This document shows positions 30,803 through 41,322 of a stretch of DNA of 64,000 nucleotides, one piece after another. Below the pieces are notes generated by a model, which saw only the letters and a list, made by a program, of their open reading frames with translations, was not told the DNA's origin and ran no database searches. The stretch spans positions 1-64,000 of the forward strand of contig JBHJGN010000012.1 in NCBI GenBank assembly GCA_050331735.1, written 5' to 3'. The DNA is from Cyanophyceae cyanobacterium. Its GTDB lineage: Bacteria > Cyanobacteriota > Cyanobacteriia > Cyanobacteriales > JBHJGN01. How positions within the stretch are numbered: the stretch's first letter is position 1; each line of letters starts with the position of its first letter. The translations under genes and the position numbers were made by a program.

Positions 30803-31495
30803 CTAATAGCTAACCTGGAGCGTAACGGAGGCTCGCACTTCCTGTTCGCCGCCAATCACGGGCGTCGAGACATCTCTAGCTAAGGATTCTGCTTCAAGCA
30901 GCCTGGGGCCAGGGGCGTTAGCTCCGTTGACCTGAATCGAGATAATTTCTTGAGACGTCAGGTTGAGTGCCTCTAATACAGCCTGGGCCTGCTGCTGAGC
31001 ATCTGCGACGGCTTGAGCGAGAGCCTGCCGCTGGGCAGCGGTCATGGCTGCTTCTGTGGCCGTAAAGCTAACTCCATCGATGCGGGTCGCTCCGGCTTGA
31101 ATGGCTTCGTCGATGATTGTGCCTACCTGCTCAGTGTCAGCACGAAAGCTCACGATATTGCTAGCCACATAACCAGTCGGCTGATTGTTCTCTCTATCGT
31201 AGCGGGGCTGAAGGCGAATCCCGCTCGTCTGTAGCTGTTCGACCGCCCGCGATCGCAGTAACTCTACAACGGCAGTGGTTCTTTGGGCCACCTGTTGCTG
31301 AACGTCTGCCGTCTCGCCCTGAATTTCGACTCCGAGCCGCACTGCCGTTATGGTTGTAGGAATCCTTTCGATGGCTTCTCCTGTCACCGTCAAAGTTCGC
31401 CGCCGCTCTTCAGAGGCCAACGATCTTGCTGGTATTGTTACTAGCACCAACGCCATCAAGAGGGGCAGTCCTCGTCTCCATTGAACTAATTTCAC
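30803..31495 (-). CDS. SIMPL/DUF541 periplasmic protein
   Basis: Signal peptide, TLTVTG, GATRIDGVSF, ASVTLQVSY. Start moved to GTG 31495 (GGAAGG upstream). Confidence 0.85.
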   Translation of the reverse strand: MKLVQWRRGLPLLMALVLVTIPARSLASEERRRTLTVTGEAIERIPTTITAVRLGVEIQGETADVQQQVAQRTTAVVELLRSRAVEQLQTSGIRLQPRYDRENNQPTGYVASNIVSFRADTEQVGTIIDEAIQAGATRIDGVSFTATEAAMTAAQRQALAQAVADAQQQAQAVLEALNLTSQEIISIQVNGANAPGPRLLEAESLARDVSTPVIGGEQEVRASVTLQVSY

Positions 31496-31586
31496 GAATG
31501 TAAAACCTTCCTGTCGAGTTAAGGCTGAACGAAGCCTTTTATAGTAATATTTTTCAACTAGACGACGAAGATAGCTTTCCGGTTTC

Positions 31587-32708
31587 ATGAAGTATGCATT
31601 AGTCCATGAATGGTTAACTCCACAAGCCACTGGGGGATCAGAATTAGTCGTTCAAGAGATTCTGCAACACGTTGAGGCCGACCTCTATGCCCTGATCGAT
31701 TTTGAGTCTGTTAATGCCCACAGCTATCTGTACGGACGCTCTATTGGGACCACCTTTTTACAGCACTTGCCGCTGGCTCGTCGTGGTGTACAAAAATATT
31801 TACCGCTGCTGCCTCTAGCAATTGAGCAGCTCGATCTAAGACAGTACGATGTTATTCTTTCCTCGTCCCATGCCGTGGCAAAAGGAGTGCTCGCGTCCCC
31901 AGAGCAACTGCACATCTGCTACTGCCATACTCCCATGCGCTATGCGTGGGATTTAACGTTTGATTACCTCCAAAGTCGCCACCTCGGTTTCGGTCCTGCT
32001 GGACTAGCAACGCGCTATCTGCTGCATCGACTGCGGCAGTGGGATGTCCTCTCGGCAAATCGCGTTGATTATTTTATTGCTAACTCCCGTCATACAGCCA
32101 GACGAATTTGGCGCTGTTATCGTCGAGAAGCGACGGTCATTTATCCTCCGGTGCGGGTGGAGCAATTTGCGGTGCAGCATCACAAGGAAGACTTTTATTT
32201 GACGGTTTGCCGACTCGTCAGCTACAAATACGTCTCCTTAATTATCGCTGCCTTCAATCAGTTGCAAAAACCTTTAGTCGTAATTGGTGGTGGTCCTCAG
32301 CTTCGTCAGCTCCGCCAGATGGCTCAGCCTAACGTTCAGCTTTTGGGAACTCAGCCCGATTCAGTGGTCGTAGATTACATGCAAAGAGCCAAGGCTTTTG
32401 TGTATGCTGCCTGTGAAGATTTTGGCATTGCTCTGGTAGAAGCACAGGCCTGCGGTACTCCCGTCATTGCCTACAGAGAAGGCGGAGCCCAAGAAACAGT
32501 TTTAGATGTGCGTCATCACCCAGCCGGAACCGGTCTATTGTTCTCACCCCAGAAGCCTGCGGCGCTAGTTGAGGCGGTAGAAACTTTTGGCGCCCGTCAG
32601 CAGCAAATTGACCCGGAAAACTGCCGTCGCCAAGCCGCTAATTTTCGCTCTACAACCTTCAAAAAAAACTATTTAGAGTTTCTAGACTCTTGCCAACAGC
32701 TTTCTTGA
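31587..32708 (+). CDS. Glycosyltransferase family 4
   Basis: ALVHEWL, GGSE, CYCHTPMRYAWD, EDFGIALVEAQACGTPVI. Confidence 0.93.
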   Translation: MKYALVHEWLTPQATGGSELVVQEILQHVEADLYALIDFESVNAHSYLYGRSIGTTFLQHLPLARRGVQKYLPLLPLAIEQLDLRQYDVILSSSHAVAKGVLASPEQLHICYCHTPMRYAWDLTFDYLQSRHLGFGPAGLATRYLLHRLRQWDVLSANRVDYFIANSRHTARRIWRCYRREATVIYPPVRVEQFAVQHHKEDFYLTVCRLVSYKYVSLIIAAFNQLQKPLVVIGGGPQLRQLRQMAQPNVQLLGTQPDSVVVDYMQRAKAFVYAACEDFGIALVEAQACGTPVIAYREGGAQETVLDVRHHPAGTGLLFSPQKPAALVEAVETFGARQQQIDPENCRRQAANFRSTTFKKNYLEFLDSCQQLS

Positions 32709-32811
32709 GTGGCTCCCAGAACAAAATTGTCGTTTTTGTTGTTAAATTCGCTGCCATTCGTCACTTCTCGCTTTATGATCGTGACTGTGTGGTGTGATGT
32801 GAAGGAGTAAG

Positions 32812-33534
32812 ATGACTGCTAATAGCCAACTTATCTCCGTCAAGCTCTTGCAGGCTTCTATTCGAGGAGGCACTGCCTTCAAGATCAGCAAAGAGAAAAT
32901 CTTTTCAAGAGCTGTAGACGGACAGGTTTTCAAACGCTTGTTTGATATCCTCTTTTCTTTATTTGTTCTCATTGTCTTTTCGCCGCTTTATCTCTTGCTA
33001 GCTGCTTTGATTGCCGTTAGCTCTCCTGGACCAATCTTTTACGTTCAGCAACGGGTCGGAAAAGACTATCGGCGGTTTAACTGCCTAAAATTTAGAACGA
33101 TGGTTCACGATGCTGACGAAATGCTGTTGGAGCTGATCGCTGATTCGCCTCAGTTGCGTGAAGAGTTTGAACTGTCTGCGAAACTGAAAGACGACCCCCG
33201 GGTAACACGGATTGGCAAAATCCTGCGCTTGACGAGCTTAGATGAATTTCCCCAATTTTGGAATGTCCTTAAAGGAGACATGAGCGTTGTTGGTCCTCGT
33301 CCGCTTGTGCCTGAAGAGCTATACAAATACGGACATCGAATCGACAAAGTACTCACAATTCGCCCAGGAATTACTGGTTTATGGCAAGTATCGGGTCGCA
33401 ACGATATTCCCTATCCTCAGCGAGTTCAAATTGACGTTTACTACGTCAACTGTCGTCATTGGCTTTTAGACCTATGGATTGTGATTAAAACAGTAGGAGT
33501 GATGATCTTTCCCCGCAACAACGGAGCCTATTAG
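32812..33534 (+). CDS. Priming sugar transferase (undecaprenyl-P phosphoglycosyltransferase, WcaJ/WbaP C-terminal type)
   Basis: KRLFDI, KFRTM, DDPRVT, SLDEFPQ, VGPRP, PGITGLWQVSGR. Confidence 0.93.
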   Translation: MTANSQLISVKLLQASIRGGTAFKISKEKIFSRAVDGQVFKRLFDILFSLFVLIVFSPLYLLLAALIAVSSPGPIFYVQQRVGKDYRRFNCLKFRTMVHDADEMLLELIADSPQLREEFELSAKLKDDPRVTRIGKILRLTSLDEFPQFWNVLKGDMSVVGPRPLVPEELYKYGHRIDKVLTIRPGITGLWQVSGRNDIPYPQRVQIDVYYVNCRHWLLDLWIVIKTVGVMIFPRNNGAY

Positions 33535-33842
33535 AGTAGCAGAGCCGCAGCGAGAGTAGAGTGGGATGAGTTCTCCGCTAGCGTCTAGTTCCGCCTTTCT
33601 AAGCAGCAAGCTAGGAGATAGAGGGTTGGCAAAAAGATACTCTACTGACTTTTTCGCAACAGTCAGTCCTCTCTCTTCTTACTTTTTAATGACTCAGTTT
33701 GCTCGTCGACCGTTAGCCAATGAAAAATTTTTAGGCTATTTTAGGTAAGAATTTATTCTCAGGCAGACCTCGTGGCTTTGGCCAATTTTTCCCTGCTGAA
33801 GACCGCGTTGATAGATCGATATAGAATACAGGAAATTTAGAA

Positions 33843-34919
33843 ATGACCCCTCCTAAGAGAGCTTTAATCACCGGCATTACTGGTCAAGATGGTTCCTACT
33901 TGAGCGAGTTGCTACTTGAAAAAGGCTATGAGGTTCACGGCATTATTCGCAGAACTTCCACCTTCAATACGGACCGCATCGACCATATTTATGTAGACCC
34001 CCATAACGAAAACGCTCGTTTGTTCCTTCACTATGGCGATCTGACAGATGGCACTACTCTCCGCCGCATTTTAGAAGAGGTTAAGCCCGGAGAAATTTAC
34101 AATCTAGGAGCACAGTCTCACGTTCGCGTGAGCTTTGATTCTCCTGAATATACAGTAGATGCGGTGGGCATGGGCACTCTACGACTGCTGGAGGCCATTC
34201 GCGATTACCGACAGCGTACGGGCATCGACGTGCGCTTTTATCAGGCGGGGTCGAGCGAGATGTTTGGGAAAGTTCAGGCGGTTCCCCAGCAGGAAACGAC
34301 CCCGTTTTATCCGCGCAGTCCCTATGCCTGCGCGAAAGTGTATGCTCACTGGCAAACCCTAAACTACCGCGAATCCTATGGAATGTTTGCCTGCAACGGG
34401 ATTCTGTTCAATCACGAATCTCCTCGCCGGGGCGAAACGTTTGTAACGCGAAAAATCACCAGGGCGATCGCGCGGATTGTCGCCGGAACTCAGAAAAAGC
34501 TTTACCTCGGTAATCTAGATTCTAAGCGAGACTGGGGCTATGCGAAAGACTATGTTAAAGCGATGTGGCTGATGCTCCAGCAGGATGAGCCCGACGATTA
34601 TGTGGTGGCGACAGGAGAAACCTATTCCGTCCGAGAATTTTTAGAAATTGCCTTCGAGTATGTCAATCTTGACTGGAACGATTATGTGGCTTTCGACGAG
34701 CGCTACCTGCGTCCGGCTGAAGTAGAGTTGCTAATTGGCGATCCGACGAAAGCCAAACAGAAGCTAGGCTGGCAGCCCTCGGTTACCTTTGCAGAGTTAG
34801 TTCATCTCATGGTGGATGCCGATTTAGCAGCTCTCGGCATGACTGCCAACGGCAGTAATGGAGAACTAAAAGATAACGCCTACATCCGCCAAAAGATCGG
34901 TACGATGGTGGTGGATTAA
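33843..34919 (+). CDS. gmd: GDP-mannose 4,6-dehydratase
   Basis: [42 protein letters not shown]. Confidence 0.98.
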   Translation: MTPPKRALITGITGQDGSYLSELLLEKGYEVHGIIRRTSTFNTDRIDHIYVDPHNENARLFLHYGDLTDGTTLRRILEEVKPGEIYNLGAQSHVRVSFDSPEYTVDAVGMGTLRLLEAIRDYRQRTGIDVRFYQAGSSEMFGKVQAVPQQETTPFYPRSPYACAKVYAHWQTLNYRESYGMFACNGILFNHESPRRGETFVTRKITRAIARIVAGTQKKLYLGNLDSKRDWGYAKDYVKAMWLMLQQDEPDDYVVATGETYSVREFLEIAFEYVNLDWNDYVAFDERYLRPAEVELLIGDPTKAKQKLGWQPSVTFAELVHLMVDADLAALGMTANGSNGELKDNAYIRQKIGTMVVD

Positions 34920-34958
34920 TACCGTAAGCACAAACGACGACTGAGGAACTCATCACAT

Positions 34959-35897
34959 ATGTTAGATTGGCGCTCAAAACGGATTCTGGTTACGGGGGGA
35001 GCCGGATTTCTAGGACGACAGGTCGTCAACCAGCTCGTCGAGGCTGGAGCCACACGGGAAAAAATCACCGTACCGCGATCACGCGACTGCGATCTCCGCA
35101 TTTTGGCAGACTGCCGACAGGCCGTTGCTGAACAAGATGTTGTCGTTCACCTGGCGGCCCACGTTGGCGGGATCGGCCTCAATCAGGAGAAGCCTGCTGA
35201 GCTGTTCTACGACAACCTCATGATGGGAGCGCAGCTTATTCATGCTGCTTACGAAGCCGGGGTCGAGAAATTTGTCTGCGTTGGGACAATCTGCGCGTAT
35301 CCTAAATTTACCCCGGTTCCGTTTAAGGAGGATGACCTCTGGAACGGCTATCCAGAAGAAACTAACGCTCCCTACGGCATTGCCAAAAAAGCTCTTCTGG
35401 TGCAGCTTCAAGCCTACAAGCAACAGTACGGGTTCAATGGAATCTATTTACTCCCGGTCAACCTATACGGACCTGAAGACAACTTCGATCCCGGTAGCTC
35501 TCACGTGATTCCGGCTCTCATTCGTAAAGTGCACGAGGCGCAACGGCAGGGCGACCCAAAACTGCCGGTTTGGGGAGACGGTAGCCCAACCCGGGAGTTT
35601 CTGTATTCTACCGATGCAGCGCGGGGGATTGTCATAGCCGCGCAAAAATACGACGAGCCTGAGCCTGTTAACCTAGGCACAAATCACGAAATTTCCATTC
35701 GGGAGTTAGTTGAGCTCATTTGTGAACTGATGGAGTTTGACGGGGAGATTGTGTGGGAAACTGACAAACCTAACGGGCAGCCGCGCCGCTGTTTAGATAC
35801 TCAGCGGGCCAAAGCTGCCTTTGGCTTCGTAGCCCAAACAGAGTTTAAACAGGGATTAAAAAACACCATCGACTGGTATCGCCAGCATGCTCAATAA
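34959..35897 (+). CDS. fcl: GDP-L-fucose synthase
   Basis: [36 protein letters not shown]; follows gmd. Confidence 0.95.
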   Translation: MLDWRSKRILVTGGAGFLGRQVVNQLVEAGATREKITVPRSRDCDLRILADCRQAVAEQDVVVHLAAHVGGIGLNQEKPAELFYDNLMMGAQLIHAAYEAGVEKFVCVGTICAYPKFTPVPFKEDDLWNGYPEETNAPYGIAKKALLVQLQAYKQQYGFNGIYLLPVNLYGPEDNFDPGSSHVIPALIRKVHEAQRQGDPKLPVWGDGSPTREFLYSTDAARGIVIAAQKYDEPEPVNLGTNHEISIRELVELICELMEFDGEIVWETDKPNGQPRRCLDTQRAKAAFGFVAQTEFKQGLKNTIDWYRQHAQ

Positions 35898-36051
35898 AAT
35901 TTACGTCCTGAATCTGTTGAGAGCTTAGACAAATTAGATTGGGGCAAAGGGGAAAGGGAAATTTGTCCCGACGGGACGGAGAAAGACCACAGGACTAGGG
36001 AACAACCTGAACTTCCTTTTCCCGCGCCTAGGGCGTTTTTCCCCCTTGCTT

Positions 36052-36717
36052 TTAAGTGGCAATTGCCGACTGTTCGGCTCTCTCTGCTTCGGAAGGCAAG
36101 GAAGGACGCAGGCACAGATAGGCTAAGGGTCCAAAAAGCGGCACTAGAGACACGGCCCAAAAAATCGACGAGTTTCGCAGTCCTCGCCGCGCCATATCAT
36201 CCCCGAGTAAGGCTGGGAACAGCAGGCAGAGTAGACAGAAATCTAGGCTCATGACGTGGATAAAGCGACTCGTTTGCCACTGCCGGATAAAATCAGGCCA
36301 GTTACCGTACAGCAGTCCTCCCCCCACCAAAGCGGACGCCACTAAAAGGAGTACAACGCCCGTCCAGCGAGAATCTAGTACTTTCAGAAAAAGATTCTTG
36401 CCGCCGGTAAAGAGCGAATTGGGCTGACGGAGTGCTAAGTAAGGCAGCAGAGCAAAAGCCCCAACTCCAAAAGAGGCAGTCGCAAATGGCCAGGCCCAAA
36501 TCTTTTGGCCTCGACCATCAATAAACAATAAGCAAGCATAGACGAGAGGCCAGACCCCCATCAAATTGAAAAGCGCAACAATAAGAGGATTAATGCCATC
36601 CCAGTCGCCTGTAGAAAGATCCTTAATTAGTTCAAAGGTGTCGGGCTGATTGGGAGGAGCCAGTAAAAAGGCATAGAGACTAAAAGCGATCCACAGCAGG
36701 AGAAAACTAATTTTCAT
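36052..36717 (-). CDS. Conserved cyanobacterial/plant membrane protein (DUF2834-like)
   Basis: FNLMGVWP, ALLPYLALR, FIHVMSLDF, LGDDMARRG. Confidence 0.7.
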   Translation of the reverse strand: MKISFLLLWIAFSLYAFLLAPPNQPDTFELIKDLSTGDWDGINPLIVALFNLMGVWPLVYACLLFIDGRGQKIWAWPFATASFGVGAFALLPYLALRQPNSLFTGGKNLFLKVLDSRWTGVVLLLVASALVGGGLLYGNWPDFIRQWQTSRFIHVMSLDFCLLCLLFPALLGDDMARRGLRNSSIFWAVSLVPLFGPLAYLCLRPSLPSEAERAEQSAIAT

Positions 36718-36918
36718 GGCTCAGTAGCTTGGTGTCGTTAGATAGAACAGGCAAAGTCAGCAGTCAGACAAAGGTGGGCTCGTTTTTTGCCGACTCACTT
36801 TACTCAGAAATCTACTGGAGTTTGCAGCAGCAGATGTTCTGGGTACGCTCAATGGAGAGCGATGTAATAGCGAGTTTAAGCAAAATGTTTTTTCAGCGCT
36901 CATCCTTCAGCGTACTGC

Positions 36919-38697
36919 TCAGTCAACGCGGAAGTTGAAGGGGAGACGGGCGTAGATCCCTTGAGGATCGCTCAGCAATTGAAAGGCTAAATCGGCCTTA
37001 AAGCGCTTCAACTCTGTGGACAGCGGATCGAGCGTTGCTGACTCACTTCTTAGGGTCAGCAATCTGGCAAAAATTTCTCCTAGGCGTCGCTGTTGAGGAT
37101 ATTCGCTCAGTTCCCAGTCATCATCGAGATCTGCTTTTTCCGCTGCCGATTCAACTGCCGCTTCGAGTCCACCAAGGCGATCGACCAGCCCAATTTGCTG
37201 AGCATCCGTTCCGGACCACACTCGTCCTTGAGCAATTTCAGCCACTCGCTCCTTGGGTAAGTTACGAAACTCAGCTACTTTGTTGAGAAACGTATTATAG
37301 GTTTGATCGACGTATTGCTGATAAATCGCTAATTCCTGCTCAGATTTGGGTCGTAAAACGGTGTTAATGTCGGCTAGACGCCCAGTTTTAACCACATCCC
37401 AGGTAATGCCATTATTGTTGGCGAGTTCCTGGATGTTGGGCAGGAGGCCAAAAACGCCAATTGACCCTGTAATCGTGCTCGCTTCGGCAAAAATTTCGTC
37501 GGCTCCCATCGCGACCCAATAGCCCCCCGAAGCCGCAACGTTGCCCATAGAGACAACAATCGGCTTTTCCTCACCCAGAAGCTGCACTTCCCGCAAGATG
37601 ATGTCTGAAGCCGTCGCGCCGCCGCCGGGACTATTGATCCGCAGCACGACAGCTTTAACCGCCCGATCTCGCCGCAGTTTTCGGAGGATCTGGGCAAAGC
37701 GATCGCTGCCCACTTGTCCTAATGTGCCTTCGCCGCCGACAATCGCTCCGTCTGCATAGACTACGGCGATTTTATTATCTGAGGAATTTGCGCCGCCTGT
37801 CGCCCCTGAGTAGGCTGATAAGGACAATTGTCGGAATGAGCGATCCGCTGCGGTGACATCGGTTAGTTCTTTGAGTTCGGCGATCACTTCATCGAGATAG
37901 GCCAAGCGGTCCACCAGCCCCGCAGCGAGGGCCGATTCGGCATCCAGCAACCCCTGAGTATCCGTGATTGACTGGAGCTGTTGTGGCGTGATTTCTCGGC
38001 TGCCGCTAATGGTGCTGACAAACTCTTGCCACAGATCCCCTAACAATTCCTCGGTTTGTTCCCGACTTTCAGGACTGAGGCTCTGTTGCGTAAAGGGTTC
38101 GACCGCTGACTTATAGCTACCCGCTCGGACTACCTGTACGTCTATTCCGTACTTTTCCAAGGCTCCAACAAATAACGGCACTTGAGAACTAAAACCATCG
38201 ATGGTCATTGTTCCTAAAGGATGCACAATCACCGTATCCGCTAGTGAGCTTAAATAAAAGCTCGATTCTTCCCAAGCAGTATCGTAGGCAATAATTTGCT
38301 TTCCCGCTGCCTGAAACTGCTCGAGAGCGCGGCGGATTTCAGCAAGCTGGGCATAGCCGCTGTTTCCTTCTCCCTGAGTTCCGTCGAGCAAAAGACCCAC
38401 AATGCGCTCATCAGCGGCGGCCTTTTCAAGGGTGTCTAACACCTGCCGCAGAGTCATGGCGTTGCTGTCAGTCCCAGAGAGAGTGGAGTTTAGAGTTGAT
38501 TGGGGTTGAACATCACTAATTTGAGTAGCAAGATCGAAGACTAAAACGGTTTTATCTTTTACTCTGGCTCCATCTTCTTTTAGCAGCGTGGAAACAAACA
38601 ATAGAGCCAGTCCACTAGCTCCCAGGGTCAGTAACAACAGCAGAGCAGTCAAACTGCCGATGAGGCTAGCCAAGGTTTGTTTGAGGAATTGACCCAT
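36919..38697 (-). CDS. sppA: Signal peptide peptidase SppA, 67K type
   Basis: YKSAVEPF, LRINSPGG, VAASGGYW, TGSIGV, GRVWSG. Confidence 0.96.
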   Translation of the reverse strand: MGQFLKQTLASLIGSLTALLLLLTLGASGLALLFVSTLLKEDGARVKDKTVLVFDLATQISDVQPQSTLNSTLSGTDSNAMTLRQVLDTLEKAAADERIVGLLLDGTQGEGNSGYAQLAEIRRALEQFQAAGKQIIAYDTAWEESSFYLSSLADTVIVHPLGTMTIDGFSSQVPLFVGALEKYGIDVQVVRAGSYKSAVEPFTQQSLSPESREQTEELLGDLWQEFVSTISGSREITPQQLQSITDTQGLLDAESALAAGLVDRLAYLDEVIAELKELTDVTAADRSFRQLSLSAYSGATGGANSSDNKIAVVYADGAIVGGEGTLGQVGSDRFAQILRKLRRDRAVKAVVLRINSPGGGATASDIILREVQLLGEEKPIVVSMGNVAASGGYWVAMGADEIFAEASTITGSIGVFGLLPNIQELANNNGITWDVVKTGRLADINTVLRPKSEQELAIYQQYVDQTYNTFLNKVAEFRNLPKERVAEIAQGRVWSGTDAQQIGLVDRLGGLEAAVESAAEKADLDDDWELSEYPQQRRLGEIFARLLTLRSESATLDPLSTELKRFKADLAFQLLSDPQGIYARLPFNFRVD

Positions 38698-38783
38698 CAG
38701 AAATCGCAGGATGAAGAACGAACCGCTGATCGCGAAGCCTCAAAGACGAAGTAACGTAGAACTAGCTCAACAGCTAGCTTTGT

Positions 38784-39812
38784 CTAGTCAATTTTTTGAA
38801 GCGCCTGAGAATACCTTAACTCAGACAGATTGGCATGACCAGTACAAAACAGAACAGTCGTTAGTTCTTCTATAAGCAGCGTTACTAATTCATCAAGCGC
38901 CTCGGGTGATTGGGCAGCGGCCTGGAGAAAGGGCCAAGCTAAGCCCGCTACATCGGCACCAAGGGCGATCGCTTTCGCTACTTCCACACCATCTCGCAAT
39001 CCTCCGGACGCGATCAGCGGAATGGCCGGATTGAGCTGGCGAATCGCGCTAATACACTCTGCTGTTGGTAATCCCCAGTCAGAAAAGGTTTTGCCTAAAC
39101 GCCTCTGCAAAGCATTGGTGGCTCGTTCACTTTCTACCTTAGCCCAAGAAGTTCCGCCAGCCCCCGCTACATCAATAGCGCTGACTCCGGCTTCTATAAG
39201 CTTTTGAGCCATCGGAGCCGAAATTCCGTTACCGACTTCCTTCACGATGACGGGAACAGACAGCCTAAAACACAGGTCGCTTATCTTGTCAAGCAATCCT
39301 TTAAAATTGGTATCGCCGTGCGGTTGAATACACTCTTGGAGAGGATTTAGATGTAAGACTAGAGCATCTGCCTCCAGAAGAGCAATGCTTTGCAGGCATT
39401 CTTTGATGCCGTAAGAGTAGTTAAGCTGCACAGCCCCTAGATTAGCAAACAGAAGAATATCAGGAGCTACAGAGCGAACAGAGAACGTATGAGCGACATC
39501 CGCCTTTTCCACAGCGACTCGCTGCGATCCCACTCCCATAGCCAACCCATATTTCTGAGCCGTTGCCGCCAGACGGTAGTTAACAACCTTAGCAAATTCG
39601 GTTCCCCCCGTCATGGAAGAAATCAACAGAGGGGCCTTGAGCTGTTTTCCTAAAAATGTTACCGCCGGAGTAATTTCACTGCGGTCTAGTTCAGGCAGAC
39701 AGCAGTGGGTAAAGCGATAGCGCTCGAACCCATTCGTCAAGCGGCGAAACTGAACATCTTCTTCCAGACAGATGCGCAAGTGGTCATCTTTGCGCGTCTG
39801 GGTACTACTCAT
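38784..39812 (-). CDS. fni: Type 2 isopentenyl-diphosphate delta-isomerase
   Basis: RKDDH, SSMTGG, GSQR, HLNPLQE, KEVGNG, GAGGTSW. Confidence 0.96.
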   Translation of the reverse strand: MSSTQTRKDDHLRICLEEDVQFRRLTNGFERYRFTHCCLPELDRSEITPAVTFLGKQLKAPLLISSMTGGTEFAKVVNYRLAATAQKYGLAMGVGSQRVAVEKADVAHTFSVRSVAPDILLFANLGAVQLNYSYGIKECLQSIALLEADALVLHLNPLQECIQPHGDTNFKGLLDKISDLCFRLSVPVIVKEVGNGISAPMAQKLIEAGVSAIDVAGAGGTSWAKVESERATNALQRRLGKTFSDWGLPTAECISAIRQLNPAIPLIASGGLRDGVEVAKAIALGADVAGLAWPFLQAAAQSPEALDELVTLLIEELTTVLFCTGHANLSELRYSQALQKID

Positions 39813-39957
39813 AAATCACTTAAATGATCGGGGACGGTTTTCTATTGTCTCACCTAAACGCGATCAATCAATAGAGTTTTGAGAGTTGAGTTCAGAATTA
39901 ACCCTTGAGAAATCAAAGACGATTGAGCAATGGCTGATTCCCTTTTCCCCGCTCTCA

Positions 39958-40497
39958 TCACGAGGGTTGTTTAAGCAACTCCACCGCATCCCGTCCATCG
40001 ATATCCTGTAGATAGACTTTCACCTGTTCGTCCGCCGCCGTTGGTAGCTGCTTCCCCGTGAAGTCGGGATGAATAGGAAGTTCGCGATGTCCTCTGTCTA
40101 CCAACACTAAAAGCCGAATATTCTCTGGTCGTCCGTACTCAGTGGTCGCGTTGAGGGCGGCGCGAATGGTGCGCCCTTTATAGATAACATCGTCTACTAA
40201 AATAATGGTTTTCCCAGTTAGGTCGACCGGAACTCTTGATTTTGCTGGCGTTCGGACTCCGATGCGGTCCAGATCGTCGCGATAAAAGGTGACATCTATG
40301 GCCCCAACGGGAACCGACACTGATTCTAGCGCTTCAATCTGACGGGCCAGCAGTTGAGCGAGGGGGACTCCTCGGGTATAAATTCCTAACAAGACGATGT
40401 GAGAAAGATTGGCGGTTTCTACAACTTGAGAAGCAAGGCGAGTAATGGTGCGGCGCATCTCTTCTGCTGAGAGAATTTCAACGATCTGAGCAGACAT
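39958..40497 (-). CDS. pyrR: PyrR / uracil phosphoribosyltransferase
   Basis: [36 protein letters not shown]. Confidence 0.95.
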   Translation of the reverse strand: MSAQIVEILSAEEMRRTITRLASQVVETANLSHIVLLGIYTRGVPLAQLLARQIEALESVSVPVGAIDVTFYRDDLDRIGVRTPAKSRVPVDLTGKTIILVDDVIYKGRTIRAALNATTEYGRPENIRLLVLVDRGHRELPIHPDFTGKQLPTAADEQVKVYLQDIDGRDAVELLKQPS

Positions 40498-40580
40498 AAA
40501 AGGGGGGTGAATGCTAGTCAGGGATACTCGGAAAAAATTGGGGCAAAGGACAGGAAGTGCTGTTTAGCTCAAACCCAGGG

Positions 40581-41135
40581 CTAGTTAAAGAAACGGTCGT
40601 TATTGCGGTAGAACTGAAGTCTACCCGGTCCTAAATATAAGCCGTAGGGATTTTCTCCAGCCGGAAACGCCGTCACCCCAAAAAGATAAATACCGCCTAG
40701 ATCGGGATTGCGTCTTGGTTTTAAAGCAACCGTAAAAGTTGTTCCTGGCGGGACTGGTGAGGCAAAATCAACGGCAATGGTTTCAGTGGCTTCATCGAGC
40801 GTCGCCGACTGCACCGCGATGGGTTCGCGATCGCCATCGGTAGTGCCAACGAACGCAAAGGTTTCATCGAGGAGAAACCGAATGTCGTCTATTCCTTGAC
40901 GGAGCTCAAACGTAATTGTCTGTAGAGGTTCGCCCGCCTCTTCTGGAAGTTCTACGGTAAAGTAGTATTCAGATCCCCAGGCTCCAGCGCTTTTAAAGGT
41001 TGTACGGGCTTCAACCAAACGAGGAGATTTTTCAAAAGCAACAGTGCCATCAGCGAACTGGACAGCATGAACGAGAGAAACACCACTCGCAGTACCTGCG
41101 AGGCTAAGGGCGATCGCTGAGATCAGTGTGCGCAT
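40581..41135 (-). CDS. DUF2808-like cyanobacterial exported protein
   Basis: Signal peptide, YYFTV, PVPPG, NP..GGIYLFGVTAFPAGE, YLG.GRL. Confidence 0.75.
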   Translation of the reverse strand: MRTLISAIALSLAGTASGVSLVHAVQFADGTVAFEKSPRLVEARTTFKSAGAWGSEYYFTVELPEEAGEPLQTITFELRQGIDDIRFLLDETFAFVGTTDGDREPIAVQSATLDEATETIAVDFASPVPPGTTFTVALKPRRNPDLGGIYLFGVTAFPAGENPYGLYLGPGRLQFYRNNDRFFN

Positions 41136-41322
41136 TACCGAAAATTCCTAGGCACGTCCTCTTTTATCCTAACATTTGCGCTGCGGACAGAGAGCGGTGA
41201 CCAGGAGGGAGTCTTCTACCAGCAAAGCTTAACGATTGCCAGGATTTCTTCAAGAAAATTAGGAAAAGTTTGCCAAAAATTTACTTAGCTTGCGTACATT
41301 GAGCCTAACTTAGGGTGCGAAT

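Noticed and set aside
35938..40549. 13-mer ATTGGGGCAAAGG at 35938 and 40537
   Set aside because: Tens of chance 13-mer matches are expected in 64 kb and the match does not extend.
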